Source: Sminthopsis crassicaudata
Lineage: Eukaryota
NCBI RefSeq assembly: GCF_048593235.1
Contig: NC_133620.1
Span: 465,649,261 to 465,713,260 of the forward strand
Direction of reading: 5' to 3'
Length of the DNA: 64,000 bases
Shown here: piece after piece, positions 38,044 to 51,914 of the stretch
How the letters are laid out: every line of letters starts with the position of its first letter
How positions within the stretch are numbered: position 1 is the stretch's first letter
The notes under the pieces: generated by a model
Database searches by the model: none
The model's input: the letters and a program-made list of their open reading frames with translations, nothing else
What the model was told of the DNA's origin: nothing
Made by a program: the position numbers and the translations under genes

Positions 38044-41000
38044 CTAAAAGAAAGAGAAAAGAGAAACTTTATTTTTCAGCAAAGTTTGAGAACACTTTAT
38101 TGGCGAGGACGAGGAATGATGGGGCGCCTTTCCTCGAAAACAAACCCGGGGAGAGGCAGTGGGGAGGGGAGTGCGTCTCACGCTTGTCTCCGCCACGAAT
38201 CCCGATCCCTGGGTGCCCTCGAGCCTGACCCACAAACCATGGCCAGAGCATAAAAGTGAACGCAAGCAGGGAAACAAGGTGGGTGCTTTGTAAACGAGAA
38301 GAGCTGTTAAATTTAGAAAGTACAGAACAGGCCATTGAGTCCAGGAAGCTTCTCAACCTCAAGCTTGAGCAGGCTGTCAAAGCCTGAAGACCCCTTCTCA
38401 AAGTGTTTTTAAATGTCTGAAGGGAAATACTAAGTTCCAGATAGAAGTTAATGAAGACAAAGAAGCCATTTTTTTCTCCATCCAAATCCGTGGTTAAAAC
38501 TTCCTGTCGAGACCGACTCATACTTGAATCGGGAACCCGCTCTGCGGCAGGCCTAAACATGGGCTCTTCACTGATGAGAGCCCCCTGCCCCCCAAAGCTG
38601 CCCCTTTCAGTTGAGACAGCAGCCCCAAATCTGCCTCTGGGATTTCTACCTCTGGTTCTAGTATTTTCTAGAGGAGTGGGCCGACGCCCGCACTGCCCCC
38701 AGGACCTGGGTGACGCTCTCAGCGCTGTCCTACCGGCACGACACAGTCACTGGAAGGAAGCCCGGCAGAGAGGACCCGAGTCCTGTGCTGGGGCCATTCA
38801 ACATCTTAATACAATTACGGCAATAGTTTGGGCTACGTAGACCAGGGGTTCTCTACAGCCCGCGGGGCAGATGCGGCCACTGAGGACGTTTATGCGCCCG
38901 CCAGGTTATGGCAAATGGGCTGAGGGGTGGAGATAGAGTGGGAGCTTTTGCTTTTACTCTAGTCCGGCCTCCCACAGTCTGAGGGACAGGGAACGGGCCC
39001 CTGTTTAAAAAGTTTGAGGACCACTGACCCTTTGGGAGGGTCTTGGGGACCGAATGGCCCATCCTCCGTCGGCTGGTCCAGCATCATATACGTTTGGGAT
39101 GGGCTCTACAGAGGGACACTGAGTTGGAACTAGAGTTAAACAGGGAAGAGAGAGGGAAGGCTGGTGTTTGGCTCATGGCTTCCGACCCTTCCAAGCTGCC
39201 CCATGAACCACGGCTGGGAACCTTAGCCAGCTCCCTCTCCCCTGTCAATGGCTCTGTCTTCAGCTCCATCAGTGAGAGGCGCCACCTTCCTAGGATGGGC
39301 TCTCCTTCCAAAGCCTTCGCGTCCCCTTCTAACCTCCCCCATGCAGGATCCCAAGAAGAGCTGGGGCCGGATGGGCTTCTGGGAGGTCATCTCGCCCGAG
39401 CCTTTCATGTTCCAGTCCCCCAGAGAGGGGAGATGTTTGGCTCCGGGTCAACGGTCAGCGAGCGGCAGAGACAGCCTTCGTGCGCAGGGCCTCTGGCTCT
39501 TTCTGCCAGACCCCCATGGCTTCTAGAGCACCCCAGGAGGCAGCCCTAACAAGCCAGCATGTTCTTAGGGAGCACGTCTGAAGCGTTTTCACGGCAGAGC
39601 TTGCAGGATTTTGCGTTTTTTTTTTTTTGGTTCCTCTCTAAGTGGCTCCCACTGATTTCTGTTTATATCCTACATCTTTTGGGAAAAGGAAACAAGCACT
39701 TGACCCATATTAGAAGTCGAATTTCCCGGCTGTTCTGATTTCCTCATTCACCTGAAAGAAATCTGGTGCCGGCTGCAACCGAACACACCGAGCCCACTTA
39801 TTTAAATGGCCTTTTCTTGTAGTTTATTGCACATTTCTTTGTGCATGAAGTCGTTCTCTCCTAGTTCCTGCCAAATGTATAGATTATAATGCTGATTTCA
39901 GTTATAATTAAATAGAGCGAGGATTCATTAGCCTACAAAAAATTCACAGAAGGTGTTCATAAAAAAGTGATTATTTCATCCTTTCCCGAGGGCCTCGGAG
40001 AGCAGAAAGTACGAAGATGCTGTCTGAGGACTTTCTGAGGACTGAGCACGGCCCTTTCTGAGAAGGTTACCAAGAGTCCCTGGGATGGATCCTGTGGCTC
40101 ACTGCTGCAGGCCATTAGAGAAACAGAGGAAAAAGGGGGCTTCAAGGAAGAAAAGTGGCTCCTCGTTCGAAAGTTAGTGAGCATTTATGTAGAGCTTTGG
40201 AGTTAAATACTGCTTCACAAACAGGATCTCATCCAGTTTTCCCAATCTTGTTCTCATTCCCTTTTTTATAGATGAGGAAATAGTTGTAGGAGGGTAAGGG
40301 GCTGGCCAGGGTCACAGAGCTGTGACAGGCCCTGATCAATCGGCTTTCAGGACCCTCCGAAGCCCTCCTTGGAAATCTCTGGTGATTGAAGGGTCTTTCT
40401 TCATGGGAGGGCTGACACTCTCCCAGCCTGGGGGGCTCTCACCAAGCAGGGGTCACAGCCCCTCGAGCTTGCCTCTGATTTAGAGACCTTTCTAGCACCT
40501 TCCTTGTCTTGCCAATGAAAGCCCACCAGAAAACCTCGCTGGAGACGCCCTTGGGCCAGGAAGGAGCACAAACATAGGCCGAAGGGTGGAAACTGTCCGT
40601 CCCCCAGCACTTCGGTGGGTGCAGAAAGTTCTCTCGTCATGGCGCCAGTTTTCTGTGAGAGGCGTCAGGATGGCGAGGTGGGGGCGGGGCAGAGGCCCGG
40701 GGCACAAGCCAGGGGTCCCGAGCTGGTGGTCCCAAGTGCATTGTCTCCTTTGGGAGGGGCCTCTGAGGTCACCAACGGGGTCAGTCACAGATCTACAGAG
40801 ATATGGGGCCTCAGGGGAGCACAGAACTCTACAGTCCAGAGGGAGGACGGACTCGCTCCAGATCCACAGTGAGCAGTCGGGGGTTAGACCGGCTCCCTTG
40901 GCCAGAGCATAATGGAGGCAGGGAGGTACAGGAGAGTCTGAAGGCTGCCTCCGACCGCTCCCGGCCACATCATCCCGGCAGGAGACGATTCTCGCTGGGA

Positions 41001-42849
41001 GTCCCCCGGGGACATCCAAAAGGGCCGCGGGAAGCGCGGCCTTCGGGTGGGGGGAGGGCTGTGTTTGAGCAGCCCGGCCGAGAAGGGAAAGGCGAGCAGA
41101 GGCTCCCATTCTCAGCTGTTCTCCAGAGGTGGTCACGGGTGAGTCTTGAGTGGCTTGACTTGGGCAGGAGGAGGTGACGGGGTGACCCCGATGGAATCTC
41201 TAAGGAGAGGCGACTGGTCGAGAGCTCATGAAGACCGCGAGCCACCTTTCAGAAGTGGGTCCTGTCTCCAGTTTGGCCTTAAGAACTCATCTCGGCTTTA
41301 GCAGACACTTTCTTAGTATCCTCAGAGCTCAGCGCTGGGCCTGGCACACAGCAGGCACCTAATAAATGCGTGTGGACTGGAGGACACAGTCGCGTGTGCT
41401 CTGCCAGATCCCCTGGACCCAAATACAGAGATGGTCTCAGAACAGAAGGTCTGGACGTGGCTCCTTCTCAGACATCAAACAGGCGAGGGCCCACCTCGGA
41501 GCCTGTCAAAGCGGGACAAATGGCTCCAGACCAAGCCCGGAAGCCGGATTTCAAGCCAGGACACTGAGAGCCCAGTGGCGGCTGGCCCCATTCTGCAGAC
41601 AGGAAAACCGAGGCACAGAGGAGCGAGGCCCCTTGTCCAGGGGCCGAGTCTGAACCCAGGCCCTCCCGACTCCCACCTGTCACACGCTGCTGGCTTCTTC
41701 ACAACAATGAGACCCCAGCTTCCCCAACCCGGCTCCGTGTAGGCTGGGGCTTCCTCATCTGCCAAAGGAGCTTCGCAAAGCACTCTGGGACCCCTGAACC
41801 GCTAAAGAGAGGCCAGCTGCCATTATTAATTATGACAAACATTAAAGGGAATGAAATTATAAGGGGGCTTACCAAAATAAATACAGCAATGAGACAAAGA
41901 ATAACAAGGAAATGAGCCAAAACCCAAAGCGCTAAGTCTGGGAGAAACATCTCTGAGGAATGGGAGGGTCCTACGGACCAGAGCAGATCCGGGGGCTCAC
42001 TTTCCCCGCCTGTGACAACCAGAGCCAGGCCCTTGTCCGGACGGTGCTGCCCGGGTGTACAATACAGACACTCCTGGGGCCGGGGTGGGGCAATCCGAAC
42101 GAGAGCCACGGTTCCTGCCCAACAACGCCGCCATCCTCCAGGTACCATTGCCCTTCTCTGCCCCCTCCCCCACCCCCCTTCCCCCTAATAGCCCCAGGCC
42201 CAAATTCTCTTCCTACAGCTGCTCAAACCCTTCCTGACTCCCTCCTGCCCACCTTAGTCCCAGCTCCTGTTCCTCCCTCATAATGATTTCCTGTTTTTCC
42301 TCTCCATGCTTGTTGGTGCACTTTTGCTTGTCAGTAAGCACTTTCTCTTAGAATCTTCGGTTTTGTTCAGGGCTCACTCATGGCCCCCCCAGGCCGTCAG
42401 CCTTCTGGTGACTCCTTGCACTCATTTTGACTCTTCTCTTGGCCTGTAAGCTCCTTGAGGACAGGGGCCACCCCGTTTTTATCTTTAGGTTCCCAGCTGT
42501 CAAGAGCAGAACTTTGGGACGAAGCCTGGCGGGGGATCGTTTGGAGGTGGTCCCCAACGTCCGCCCCTTCGACCTATCTGCATCTCCCAAATCCCTAACG
42601 AGCAAGGGCAACCCAATGCCAATCAGAGAGGTCTCATTCACTAAAAACAAAAAAAATCCCATCTTCTCTTAGCCCGAATCGGAGTTAAGGATACAATTTG
42701 TACACATTGGGGGAAACCCTTCAGAACTAGCTTATTCAATTAACCCCACTCCTCTGGGGTAAGGGAGGCGGGCGCGTCCAATTGGCGAGGGCTAATGCGC
42801 TCGGTGCTCGCGCTTGCTAGCAGGGCAATCTCGACTCCTGGCGACAAGG

Positions 42850-43270
42850 GGTTAAGATAATTAAAATGAGAGAAGTCTTGTTACTAGAGGACATGTTTTG
42901 ATTATTAGATCAGATAAAGATAAGGGAGCAATAATTTTGCAAGGAATAGTGTGGGATTGTTTCATTAACCACACAGTATTAAAGAATTCCCTCAAGATAC
43001 GGTTAAAGAACATTAATTTGTGAAACTGTTTCACTTTTTGGTGAAGGCAAACATTCAAATCCTTACTGATTGGGGAACAATTGCTCTATAATAAAAGCGG
43101 AAGGGCCGGCGTGCCCGTGTCCCCCGGGCATCCCGCAGAACGTACTGGAGCCGGGCCCTGTCATGGTAACAAAGGCAAGAAAGGCAAATTACATAATCAC
43201 GGTGTAATTGTGAGGGTCAAAACTGGCCACAACACGAGAAAATTAGATAGAATCGAGAAATCAAACATGA
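42850..43270. promoter_or_regulatory. Candidate enhancer in intron 11 (TAAT-rich; D-box ATTACATAAT 43188-43197)
   Basis: Motif-dense AT-rich unique block; a smaller similar block lies at 41815-41950. Confidence 0.4.
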
Positions 43271-44461
43271 CGAAGGGCACGCTTCAAGGGCACTCTGTGG
43301 GCAAGGCAAATAAGACGCCCAAGCTCCTGCCGAGGGCCTCCCCCGCCCCCGATCTGACACAGGGAGGCCGGGGCGGCCGCTCAGCTTGCCACGCTGGGAG
43401 GGGGATGCTGCTATCCTTCTGCCCTCAGCCTCGGCCCTCATCCCCAGGGCCCGGGCTCCTCCACAACGTCCAACTGGTCTTCGTAGCTCTGTTTCTTCCC
43501 TCTCCGGCTCACCTTCCTGAGGGTCCCCAAAACAATCTTCCTCAGAGTCCGGGGTGCCCAGAGTCATGGTGCCTCAGTGGGTAAGACACGTGCGCTTCAG
43601 CTTCGACGTCCGGTTTCCTTTGTACACGCCCATGTGCCAAGCCATTTCTCTTGGCACCTTGAACAAAGACCTCCTCCCATGCCTTTGCCCAGGCTGTCCC
43701 TGAGGCCTAGAACACCCTCCCTCCTCACTGCGGCCTCCCAGAATCCCTCATGAATGAATGTGGGAAGCACTTCCTGATTCCCAAAGGGGTCAGTGCCCTT
43801 TCCCTCCTCAAAGGGCCACGCATAAACTTCTCTCTTTCTGTGTTTCACCCTCGGAGGAAAATGGAAGTGCTTTGGGCTCGGGACCACGTGTCCTTGAAAA
43901 ATGCTTGTTTGACCGTATTTCATGATCCTGTAAAGTGACAGTTTAGTGACAAAAATAAATGTGTCCAAGGGAAACCTGGACCATTTTGGGGGGATGATTA
44001 GTAAGGGCTTACACGAGAACTACTGCATCCTCAAGTGGATTCTGGGGAGTGCCAGGGCTTCCCAGAGCCCGACTGGCACCCTGGCCCCTTAACATGGTCG
44101 TGGTATGACAATGGGTGACGCTGCACTGCACGGCCACGGTATTCCACAGAGGTGTCTGGGAGGAGGTTTCTGTGCCAGTGGGCCATCCGGGAACCTCTCT
44201 CCCCAGGGCTGCCCACACACAAGGGCGCGGCCTCCTGGGCCTCCCAGCCGTGCTCATACACCCCCCCAGGGCCTTCTTTGTAAACTTTCCCTCCATGCCC
44301 TAAACCCCAGGAAAACCTTCAAGTGCTTTTTTGTGGTTCTATCTGGTAAAATGACCCAGCAGGGGGTACTGGAGAAAGGAGATTTATCCCATGTTTCTCA
44401 AGAAGGCAAACATAGGGGACAGCCTCTCGGGAAGGAAAACCCTCCAAGAGAACAGAGCCAT

Positions 44462-44617
44462 GGGGCAGCTGGGGGGCGCAGTGGATAGAGCACCAGCCCT
44501 GAAGTCAGGAGGACCCTCAAATCCAGCCTCAGACACTTAACACTTCCCGGCTGTTTGACCCTGGGCAAGTCACTTACCCCCAATTGCCTCAGCAAAACAA
44601 ACAAATAAATAAAAAAG
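44462..44617 (+). mobile_element. Full-length marsupial tRNA-derived SINE (WSINE1/SINE1-like)
   Basis: GGGGCAGCTGGGGGGCGCAGTGGATAGAGCACCAGCCCTGAAGTCAGGAGGACC head and A-rich tail; TSD AGAACAGAGCCAT (44449-44461) / AGAGCAGCGCCAT (44616-44628). Confidence 0.9.
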
Positions 44618-45106
44618 AGCAGCGCCATCCCCTGCTAGACCATGACCCGTTCCTTTGGGACTGAAGAGTCCACAGGAGGTCCAGGCCAGCCAAGCTCTCT
44701 TCCCAAAACTGAGCAGCCTCTGCCCCCTGACTCCTCAAAGTTCTCACAAGCGTGGATGAGGAATCACACTGATTTTGCCGACAAGAAGCCTTCAGGGAAG
44801 AGCTTCCGAGCTACCTCTGGTGCAGGTGCCCTCGCTCCTTCCAAGGGCGACACACCATGCTTTCAATCTGCTCCTCTTCTCAGAGGCGCGCCGATGGCGG
44901 AAGCTCCAATCCAGGAACGTGAGGCCCGATCCATACTCGAGATTTTAGAATTGGAGCTAAATTTAGCTAACGCCCTTCCAGACACAGCAGCCTCTGACCG
45001 TCCCCCAGCAAGGTCAGATCGGGCCCTTAACAAACGTGATTTGGGGGTTTCTTTTGTTTCTCCCCCTTACTTGTAACCAAGACCCCAAGAGCACTTTTTA
45101 ACATCA

Positions 45107-45487
<381 letters not shown>

Positions 45488-48400
45488 CTAGGAAGAACAA
45501 AGCAGATGATGAAACTGCAATAGCTCCGGTCGGGGCAGGGTCACCTAGGAAGGAGACTCGGGAGTGGTCATGGGGGAAGGCCCTCGTGACCACAGGAGAG
45601 CCACGATGAAGGAGCCAGAGGGATCAAAACCCTTCTCCGCATCTGACTGACGGAATACTTGGGGTCTGAAACAGAAATGGGAGTGCCCAGGCTGGGAGAG
45701 GTCTGAGCTATCACTCAACAGGATGGAAGCTCCCTGTGAGGAGGGCTTGTTTCTCAGTTAGTAGCTCCGGTACCAGCACCTCGTGGGCCCTTAATGGATC
45801 CGTAAGAATCGGGTGTTTGAGCTCCGAGATCAGGGACAGTTTTTGCCTCTTAGTGTAACCCTAGCACTTAGAACAGGGCCCGCCAGGGAGCCGATTCACC
45901 GAAGGTTTGATCTCTCGGAAAGTGAGGACGATGGGGAGGGGACCTGCTTGACGTGGGATCCCTCAACTAGCTGGGGTCCAGTGGCCTCCGTCCCACCAGA
46001 ATGCGCTCGAAGGCTTTTCAAAGAACTCAAAATGGCTCCTCTTGAGTCATTTCTAAGTGACTGCGGCCTGCAGAGCTGCACTAAAGCACAACCGGGACCG
46101 CCTGAAGAGCAGAAGTTCCTGCACGGAGGCCGGCTGGGAGCTTCTTCTACAAGATGAGCTTTTGTAAGAGCCAGATAAACAGTCTTTTAAAAAACGGACA
46201 CCGTCGCCACTCCCAAACCATGGGAAAAGTCCTTGTAGAAAGCGTTCGAAGAATAGTGGGCTGGTGGGGAGGCAGTGGCCCGGCCCAGGCTGTGGAAACG
46301 GCAGGGTGGAGGCTGGCTGATGCAGTCCCAAGGGTCCCCCTGGGAGCTAACCTTCTGGGCCCCAACAGCCTGGAGGGAGGGAGAGCCGGCCTTCTCCGGG
46401 CCAGTCGTGGAGAGAGAGAAGGAGGCGGGAAATGTCACATGCTAATGAGGTGCTACCCCGTTTTGGCTCGCTAGGGGTGATGGCTGACCAGGGGGCGACT
46501 TAGGGCATTTCTCCAGGGAGATTCTTCCTTTTGGATTTTCAAAAATTGTCTGAGATGACCTCCGATGCCCTCATTAACACATGTCCTTTTAAAAATTATT
46601 TAACATTTTAAATATCTAAATTAAATATTTATTTATCTGTGTGTGTAAAATACAACACAACCTGTTTCCTCTGGGGTTCCAGGACACACACACACGCACC
46701 CCTGTATGTGTACACTACACCACCGCCTGCTTCTCTAAAACACTGGCCCGCGGTTTCTCGGGAGGCCCCTTTTCTGGCTCCTTACGCTCCGTCACAAAGC
46801 GGACTCTCCCTTTGGTGACTGCTGCTGAACTGGTGTTTGTGCGCTCGCCCAGAGCCAGAGCACTCGGCTGTTGTCCAGAAAGGGGGCCATGGATCAGGTG
46901 ACCCCGCCGGACTGAGTGTCCGCTCCGGGCTCGGCCTGTTCTAGGTGTCCCGGGGCTGGAGAAGTCTAAGATGTTGTCACTGCCTTCAATGAAGTTATTC
47001 TACTTATAGAGACAAATCTAGCTTAAATGAAGTAATTATACAGCCATTAGGGAACATATATTAACAATTAAAGGGCAAATTGTGTGGTATTAACTAAGGG
47101 AAGAAAGAGCTCAGAACAGGAAGAGAACGATGGGAGCAGGATTCGTCAGGAAAAAGCTGAAGGAAGAGCTGGGAGCCTAAAGGAGGCCTCAGAAACCGGC
47201 GATGGAGAAGCCTGGCGGAGCCTGCAGGAGCCGAGGTGAAGATGAGAGTGGGACGATCAAGGGGAGGGAGAACAACAGAGTGGTGGTGAGCTGAGCAAAC
47301 CTACTGGAACGAGCTGCTGAGAAGGGTGAGGGAAAAGTGGATAAAAGCACAGACAGCGACTCTGACATCAGAGAGGGGACTGATGGGAAACAGCAGCCGG
47401 AGAGGCCGCGGCCCAGAAACAACCTGAGCGACAAAGCAGCACCGGGCACCAAGTAGGTGCTTGGTCGATGGTAGTGGAGGAAACCACCAGCAACAATTTT
47501 GTCTGGGATCCGCAGAAGATGCCGAGAGCATTTGGGGATGCAGACAGAGGAGGATCGGGACGGGGCGCAGCGGCAGGGTCGCGCCACTTGGCCCCTCGTG
47601 CTGTGGTTCCCAACGTGTGGGAACGTGACGAGGAAATACTGCCTAGAGAAGGGGGAGCTGGAAGGAGTCATGGGACCCGACTGGACACACGAAGGATCAG
47701 TTGGCTCTGGAGGCGGCAGGTTTAAAAGCTGCCCCGGAACCAGGGTTCGAATCCCTCAAAGAGGGGAGGATTCTTACTTCCTGTCCCCAAAGTGTCCCTT
47801 CTCATCTCTAAGAGGAAGGCCTCTGTCTCTCGGGGGATCTGGATGGAAAGGTGAGAAGGGCCCAGGCAGGCCACGTCCCAGCCCCGTAGAGAAGGCTCTG
47901 TGGTATGATATCCTCTGTTCCTTTTCCTAGTCAAGAAAAGTGAGATGCTAAAGAACCATTAAAAATCAAGGGAAAACCTAACTTAAAAATAAGGCTGGCA
48001 GAAAGTCAGATGACTCAAGTAAGTAAAAGTAAATGCTGAGGGTTAAACTTTAATTTTTATCACTGAGAGAAAGAAAAACATTGAGACCATCCAAGAATGT
48101 GAACCTCAATTCAATGCTTCCCTCCTTGTCAAGGTAACACAGCTTCTCCTCTCTTGCTCTTTACCTCCCTCTCGTGAATCTCATTCAACCAACCCACTGA
48201 AAAGCATTTATTAAGCACTTACTGTGTAACCAGGCACTGAATGTGTGTATCAATGAAAAAAGCATTTGTGAAGTGTTTTCTATGGGCAAAACCCTGGAGA
48301 TGTGAAGAAAGAAGCAAGACAAGCCCAGCTTGCATTCTCTGCCCCTCTCCCTCTCCCCTTCCTTTCTCTGACTTTTCTCCCTTCTTTCCTCCCTCCCCTC

Positions 48401-49370
48401 CCCCACTCTCAGAAGAGAACAAGGAGCTTTTTTTTTTTTTTTTTTTTCCTCTTCTTTTTCTCCCCTCCCACGCAGGGCCTCGAACCCAGAAGGGGCTCAG
48501 CCAACATTTGTCAAGTCAATGGACAAGAGGATGAAAGGAATAATTATCCCATACTCGGAGTCACACTAATCCTGTGACAGTTGGGCCCAATTAGTTTTGG
48601 AGACAGTGGCATGCTGGCAAGAGCATAAGCCAGTCACATGACTCTGGGCCTCCACTTCCCCATTTGAAAAGTGAGAACAATGTCCCTGCTCAGCCTAAGT
48701 CACATATGGTTGTGAAGATCAAAGGAGAGATAGACACAAAGTATTTTTTCTTAAAGACTTGGTATGTCAGGCAAATGTGAGCTCTTAATTATTATTACAG
48801 TATTATGTAAACTGTCTCTGGGACAGCTCCCCAAAGGTTTGGAAGATAAAAAAAGTGGGGAACAATCAGCTGCTTAGGAACAAAAACGTGAAGCTGGGGC
48901 TGCAGTGGGAGTCCGGAGCCATCCTGGCACCCTCCTCATTTTACGAATGCCCCACATGATCCTGGTGACCAGATTATGGGCGCTTAACCCGTTTCGTTCA
49001 CTCCCCAGCAGGACTTGGAAGTGACGGGAGCTTTGAGGCAGGGTCCCCAACTGATGTAATGTAAATGCCACTTGGGTGACCTTCGAAGTGCCCGGGACCC
49101 CCCGCATCCACAATTGGAGCCAGCAGCAGTATTGCCTCAAACTGTTCCTCATAACACGTGGGGAAACAGAGCCGGGAGGAAGCCAAGCACTCACTGGCCC
49201 ACCGAGTGGGAGCTGATGGCACCTCCCAAATACCAGGGGCATCTCAGTGGTTCAAGAAGGGTCCTCTGGGAAGATTTGGAACATTCTTGTCACCGAGGAA
49301 ACCAAGAAACGAGGGGATACCCGAGAGCCACGGACTCTGCTCTTTCTTCTAAAGGAGATACTATTGTTGG

Positions 49371-49468
49371 GTTTTTTTTTTTTTTTTTTTAGGCTGGGGT
49401 TAAGTGACTTGCCCAGGGTCACACAGCTAGGAAGTGTGAAGTGTCCGAGACCGGATTTGAACTCGGGG
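49371..49468 (-). mobile_element. 5'-truncated marsupial SINE with long poly-A and 14-bp TSD
   Basis: T-run then GGCTGGGGTTAAGTGACTTGCCCAGGGTCACACAGCTAGG; TSD GGAGATACTATTGT (49354-49367) / GGAGATACCATTGT (49469-49482). Confidence 0.9.
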
Positions 49469-50460
49469 GGAGATACCATTGTCAACAGAAGAGTGAGTTT
49501 AAGATAGTTAAGTAACTGTAGGCCTTGGAGAGCTTTCCCCCACCATAATTTTACCCCATCAATTTGGACCTTGGTCTTTCTCTCCATCCCTCTTGGTGCC
49601 CTAGGATCAAATTCAATTAAAATCATATCCCAGGAGGAAATCAAAGCTACTTTCCTAAGTAGGAGGCAACCACAAAGAAATTCGACAAAGCAGTCTGCAT
49701 CCAAAGCCATTTTAAAGCCTAGGATTCAGGGGGACATTGGATGGAGCATGGAAAGGACTGGGGAAATGTGGCTCAAATGATGACGCTGATAACAACAATG
49801 TTTGTAGACACTTAGGCCAACTACAGCAGGAAAGCTGAGGCAGCTTTCCACAGAGGAGAACAGAGGCCTGAAAGGGCCTTGCCCCAGGTTCCACCGCCAG
49901 CCTTCCTGACTCCAAATCCAGCATTGAACACTGGGCCACCCAGCTACATGACGTGGATAAACCTCTTGTTTATGGACAAGTCTCCTTTTCTGTAAAATGG
50001 GAATAAGCTTAAAGAACTGCCGAGGGTATCCAGTGAGACAGCACACAGAAAGTCCGTGTGTCAGCTGCTGTGATTAGCAGGAAACATGAGATAAAAGTCT
50101 TTCCCACAGGATCACGGACCTAAAGCTGGAAGGGACCGCAACAATCCTCTGGGTCTGACCCTCCTCATGGCACATGAGGAAACAGGCCTAGAGTTCCATC
50201 ACTTGTTCTGGGTCACATGGCTAGCCAGCACCAGAACTGGGATCCTGGATCTTCTGAATGCCAAGTTTACCTAATCTCAACCTAATTGCACACTTCTAGA
50301 GCTGGAGGCCGCTCTAAAGATCTTTGACGGACCTGGGTCTTAAACTTAGAACTTTTCCACTGCGTGGCTTCGCTCAATCAATATGGACCTTGTGTCAGAG
50401 ATCGATCTATATGGATCTCTATCCTATACAAGGTCAAGATATATAGATGTATATTGGTGA

Positions 50461-50774
50461 NNNNNNNNNNNNNNNNNNNNNNNNNNNNNNNNNNNNNNNN
50501 NNNNNNNNNNNNNNNNNNNNNNNNNNNNNNNNNNNNNNNNNNNNNNNNNNNNNNNNNNNNNNNNNNNNNNNNNNNNNNNNNNNNNNNNNNNNNNNNNNNN
50601 NNNNNNNNNNNNNNNNNNNNNNNNNNNNNNNNNNNNNNNNNNNNNNNNNNNNNNNNNNNNNNNNNNNNNNNNNNNNNNNNNNNNNNNNNNNNNNNNNNNN
50701 NNNNNNNNNNNNNNNNNNNNNNNNNNNNNNNNNNNNNNNNNNNNNNNNNNNNNNNNNNNNNNNNNNNNNNNNNN
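50461..50774. other. Assembly gap, 314 N
   Basis: N run. Confidence 1.
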
Positions 50775-51573
50775 GATTTGGAGGAAAGAGAATCAGTCAA
50801 AACAAAGACTCTAAAAGGCCAAGGTGGTATACAAACTCCCAGTTTGTGAAAGCGTCCCTCTCAAATCAACTTGGTCAAGACCCACATGAATCCGATTTCT
50901 AGATAAAGCTGTTTTTAGAAATTCTGGAAAAATCGGGAAATGGACAAATGGACGAGTGGAGCTCCCGAAGAAGCTGTACGTGCACCAGCTTCGGCTCAGA
51001 CTTCCAGGGAAAATAAGAAAAGGTTGTTATTTGTTATCTCTGGTCTGCCCAGCAAACTATGAGTGATTTCTCAGTGGGGACAGGCAAGTCACCGTGGGAA
51101 AACAAAGACGACCAAATCTGCCTATTTGACTAAAAACCGTTCCACAGCTACGGAAGGTGGCAGTCCTCCCCGCCTATTAAAAGAGGCACTACCGCCTCCA
51201 TCTTCGGACTTGCCGAAACAGTATCATTATTTTATTAATAGGGGCCACGTCCAAAGGCTGGTTTCTGTTTCTTTCTTTCTTCTCTCCTTTTCATAACCAA
51301 GATATTATCTCCTCTTCCGTCTCTCTCTGGACTCCGAAGATAAACGTTTGCCTGCTCAACAAATCTCTTTCCTTTGGATCTGACCTTCTAATTCAATAAG
51401 TAATGTAATGTAATGTAAACCGCTTAAAATCGCGTTCCCTGAATATATAATTTGGTTTTAGTTTAAAATACCAATTCCCAAATAAGAATCAGGAGGAAGC
51501 CGTCCCCTCCCCCTCCCCCGGCCGGCCACCATGTCAGAGGCCTGTAAGAGGCAGTAAGTACTAGTTCTCTCAC

Positions 51574-51678
51574 CACGTCGGGCGCCTTCTGGATCTGCGT
51601 GGCGAGCTGGAGGGATTTGTTGGCTGACGAGAGCTGCTCCCTTAAGGTCTCTGCCTCTCTCTGAGCCACCTCTGCCCT
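51574..51678 (-). CDS. CUX1: CUX1 exon 10 (105 nt): [35 protein letters not shown]
   Basis: tttcctcag|AGG GCA ... GAC GTG|gtgaga; peptide in ORF 51463..51966. Confidence 0.96.
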
Positions 51679-51703
51679 CTGAGGAAATGAAAAGGGGAGG
51701 AGA

Positions 51704-51914
51704 NNNNNNNNNNNNNNNNNNNNNNNNNNNNNNNNNNNNNNNNNNNNNNNNNNNNNNNNNNNNNNNNNNNNNNNNNNNNNNNNNNNNNNNNNNNNNNNNN
51801 NNNNNNNNNNNNNNNNNNNNNNNNNNNNNNNNNNNNNNNNNNNNNNNNNNNNNNNNNNNNNNNNNNNNNNNNNNNNNNNNNNNNNNNNNNNNNNNNNNNN
51901 NNNNNNNNNNNNNC
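51704..51914. other. Assembly gap, 211 N, about 25 nt upstream of the exon 10 acceptor
   Basis: N run; it probably hides the branch point of intron 9. Confidence 1.

Noticed and set aside
44462-44530. tRNA-like A/B-box sequence as a tRNA gene
   Set aside because: It is the head of a SINE with a tail and TSD, not a cloverleaf tRNA.
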